Source: an uncultured bacterium (GTDB lineage: Bacteria; B130-G9). Taken from it: a stretch of 64,000 nucleotides of DNA. The notes under the pieces are model-generated. The model saw only the letters and a list, made by a program, of their open reading frames with translations, had not been told where the DNA came from and searched no databases. Made by a program: the position numbers and the translations under genes. Numbering within the stretch: position 1 is the first letter of the stretch; each line of letters opens with the position of its first letter. Shown one piece after another: positions 61,542-64,000 of this stretch. The DNA is taken from positions 1 to 64,000 of the forward strand of contig CBDVDH010000012.1 of assembly GCA_965372715.1 (NCBI GenBank), given 5' to 3'.

Positions 61542-62570
61542 ATGGATCCGGTTTCACACGTCGCCTGGGGAATTGTCGCAACGAATCTGCTGCCCGAGCC
61601 TGACGCGGCGCTGCCCAGAATCGTGATCGCTGCCGCTGCGGCCGCCGCGCCCGACCTTGATTTCGTCACCAAGTTCTTCAAGAACATCTACTTCCTGAAG
61701 TATCACCACAGCGTTACCCACTCGCTTGTCGGCGTGTCCGTGATGGGTCTTGGCATTGCTTTTCTGGGGCGCCTCGTCTTCCCCGAGGTTGGCTTCTGGG
61801 AGGCCTATCTCGTTGCCCTTGTGGCAGGCGTCAGCCATTGTCTGCTGGACCTCCTCATGCACGGGACGGGCGCGATGGTTCTCTGGCCGTTTTCGAGGCG
61901 CATGATTACGGGCAGCTTGCTCTTGGGGCTCAATCCCACAACTACTCACGCGAGATGCCACGAGAAGTCGCTGCGCGTCTGCCTCGCCTGCCAGCTTCAC
62001 AGCGCTGTTATGTCGCCTATGATGTGGCTGGGCCTTCTGACAGCAGTTGCCTCGACGTTCGCACGGTCTCTCAGACCGATCACTGCGCTGGCGGGAGCGG
62101 CCTTGGGCGCCTCCTACGTGCTCATGTGCCATTTGCAGAAGAAAAAGACGAGGCGAGTTGCTCTACAGCTCGCTGATGACGCGACGGAGGTCTTGGCTTT
62201 TCCCGCTGGTTTCTCGCCGTTTGAGTGGCTCGCCGTTTGTCGGCTTCCTGAAGGGTTCCGATTACTCTGGCTGAGCTCCCCCAAGAGCGAACTGATGGCG
62301 ATTCGAACGCTTCCCCCGGCGGCGTCCTCTGCCGCAATCGACAGGTCGAGGTCAACAAAGACTGTTCGGGAGTTCCTTTCGGCGTGCGTCATCCCGTGGG
62401 CCCTTCAAATCAAGGATCGCGGCGCCGTTCGGGTGCAGTGGCAGGACCTCAGCTACGCTCTCAGTTCGTCGATGGACCTATACGCGGCCCGGATCACAAT
62501 GTCCCCCGATTTGACGGTGCTTGACGAAGATTTCCGCGAGCGCTGGCCGGACCTTTGGCGGCCCGGTTAG
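61542..62570 (+). CDS. Membrane metal-dependent hydrolase (YdjM family)
   Basis: MDPVSH, APDLD, HHSVTHS, SHCLLD, LWPF. Confidence 0.85.
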   Translation: MDPVSHVAWGIVATNLLPEPDAALPRIVIAAAAAAAPDLDFVTKFFKNIYFLKYHHSVTHSLVGVSVMGLGIAFLGRLVFPEVGFWEAYLVALVAGVSHCLLDLLMHGTGAMVLWPFSRRMITGSLLLGLNPTTTHARCHEKSLRVCLACQLHSAVMSPMMWLGLLTAVASTFARSLRPITALAGAALGASYVLMCHLQKKKTRRVALQLADDATEVLAFPAGFSPFEWLAVCRLPEGFRLLWLSSPKSELMAIRTLPPAASSAAIDRSRSTKTVREFLSACVIPWALQIKDRGAVRVQWQDLSYALSSSMDLYAARITMSPDLTVLDEDFRERWPDLWRPG

Positions 62571-62903
62571 CCCGAATAATTCGAGGTCATGACTCCGGCG
62601 GGTGTGTGGCGGGCTTTCCGAGGCTGGGTCATAAGTCGTTGCGGTTGTGTAGGGGCGTGGTCTCAGACCTGCCCTCTCTAATTGATGGTCGCATAAGATG
62701 CCTCGTATCCGCAGGGATTCATGTAGGCGGGCGGGTCTGAGACACCGCCCCTACAGGCCGATTCCGACAATCGCGTCGCAAATGAAAACCGCCGCGTTGA
62801 TCTTGACAATCGGCCGTATTTCCTGTATCGTTGTTGTCTGAATGGACAACAAATCCTCGTCAATCGACTTATGACCCAGCCTCGGAAAGCCCGCCCCACA
62901 TCT
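62567..62903. repeat. Nested REP/MITE-like element, copy 2
   Basis: tgtggcgggctttccgaggctgggtcataagtcg ... cgacttatgacccagcctcggaaagcccgccccaca. Confidence 0.88.
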
Positions 62904-62934
62904 CACGCCATCTGCGGTTTATGAATAATAAGGG

Positions 62935-64000
62935 CTAGTTGAGCCTGAGCTCCGGCCAGCAGCGCTCGAAGGCGCCGCTCCGCCCTTTGACGCGAAGGTT
63001 GAGGTAAAGCCCCTCGATGTATGTGCCGTCTCCCGTCGGGATATGCGGCCAGGGCACACTCTGAAGCCCTTCGTGGTCTGTCGCGACGACCTCTACCAGA
63101 TAGAGTCCTGCCCCGATTCCAGAGAGGTCCTCGAACTCGATAGTCGTTAACCACTCGAACAATTGGATGCTGCCCGGGGCGGCAAGGCCCCGCTCCATCG
63201 GGAAGGTTAGAGTCGCGCCAGGGATTCTGACATCGCAAGAGGCAATGGCCGTTGGGTCCCACGGGTCGTTCGCGTCGAAGGCGAAGGCCCTCACAGAAAA
63301 GCTGCCGCTCTCGTTTGCGAACATCGCGTTCTGTGAGATGCCGGCTGCGAAGATGAGGGGGTGCCTCGCTCCGTCTGCTATCAAGCTGTTGGGCGCGCCG
63401 GGCTCCGTCCCAGGAGCGGTCAAGAGCGCGGTGAATATCCCGTCCCCGGCGACCGGATCGCTGTCCTGGCCGCGATCATTCATGGAGACCTCAAGGTCCA
63501 GGTCGTTGTAGAAGACCTTGATGCTGTCGATGAACGATGGCCCGTAGGGCAGGGCTACAACTGTGATATTACCGGCAACGCTCCCGTCAGGATTGACGTC
63601 GAGGTAGGAGTCAAGTGTGCCGGCGGCCCTGAAAGAGGGATACTTCGCGGGGGCGATATGGAGAATGTGCACGAAGTCGGAGATGGTTGTCTCTTCAATG
63701 ATTATCGTGCTGGCGCTTTCCGGGTCGATGCTATACAGAAGGGGCCTCTCTTTGCAGGAGACATCAAGTGTGTGGAAATCGCCGTCCGGGAGTGTGCTAA
63801 CTTCCCAGACCTCGGGCGGCACCGTCGTGTCATAGAGCAGCTCGGGCGCAGAGAGGTCTATCTTGAGCCAGGCTGAGATTGTGTTCGGATTTGTGAGCTC
63901 GCCCGTTCTGACGTATGTAAGACCTCGCTCGGTGCGGTAATCGTCGCCGAGGGAAAGCGGGAAGTCCGTCATCTTCCAGTCCGCGATAAGTATCTCCCCC
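62935..64000 (-). CDS. Partial (C-terminal) secreted protein with a choice-of-anchor-X-like motif
   Basis: MNDRGQDSDPVAGDGIFTA; frame appears open to the window edge. Confidence 0.6.
   Translation of the reverse strand, partial: GEILIADWKMTDFPLSLGDDYRTERGLTYVRTGELTNPNTISAWLKIDLSAPELLYDTTVPPEVWEVSTLPDGDFHTLDVSCKERPLLYSIDPESASTIIIEETTISDFVHILHIAPAKYPSFRAAGTLDSYLDVNPDGSVAGNITVVALPYGPSFIDSIKVFYNDLDLEVSMNDRGQDSDPVAGDGIFTALLTAPGTEPGAPNSLIADGARHPLIFAAGISQNAMFANESGSFSVRAFAFDANDPWDPTAIASCDVRIPGATLTFPMERGLAAPGSIQLFEWLTTIEFEDLSGIGAGLYLVEVVATDHEGLQSVPWPHIPTGDGTYIEGLYLNLRVKGRSGAFERCWPELRLN

Noticed and set aside
1-64000. CRISPR array, retron, DGR or group II intron
   Set aside because: No regularly spaced repeat-spacer array, cas gene or reverse transcriptase motif was seen

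Overview
Bacterial window from a diderm (lpxK and waaA present); the lineage cannot be assigned from sequence alone. The left ~31 kb is an accessory island whose right end is a tyrosine integrase followed by a 3' fragment of tRNA-Ala(TGC) (attR-like). The island carries four things: (i) a BREX-like defence operon with an unusual make-up (adenine MTase - BrxC/DUF6079-like ATPase - PglZ - BrxL) that shows several lesions; (ii) debris of an older mobile element (HTH, HExxH peptidase, ArdC/integrase chimeric pseudogene, palindromic sites); (iii) an apparently self-contained sigma54 circuit (NtrC-type activator, Ser/Thr-kinase/TPR/GAF/His-kinase hybrid, and a subtilase with a -24/-12 promoter and tandem enhancer-like palindromes); (iv) a compact satellite-like module (D5/P4 helicase with iteron inverted repeat, Xis-like HTH, integrase-core-binding-domain protein, integrase). 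The right half looks like host genome: a degenerate GGDEF protein, a 4088-aa secreted multi-repeat surface protein, an mreB-mreC-PBP1A-...-waaA-lpxK gene run containing split MetH modules, uppP, a non-canonical PPDK-like two-gene module bracketed by two copies of a nested REP/MITE-like 337-bp element, a membrane hydrolase and a partial secreted protein. All family assignments come from recognising motifs by eye; no searches were run.
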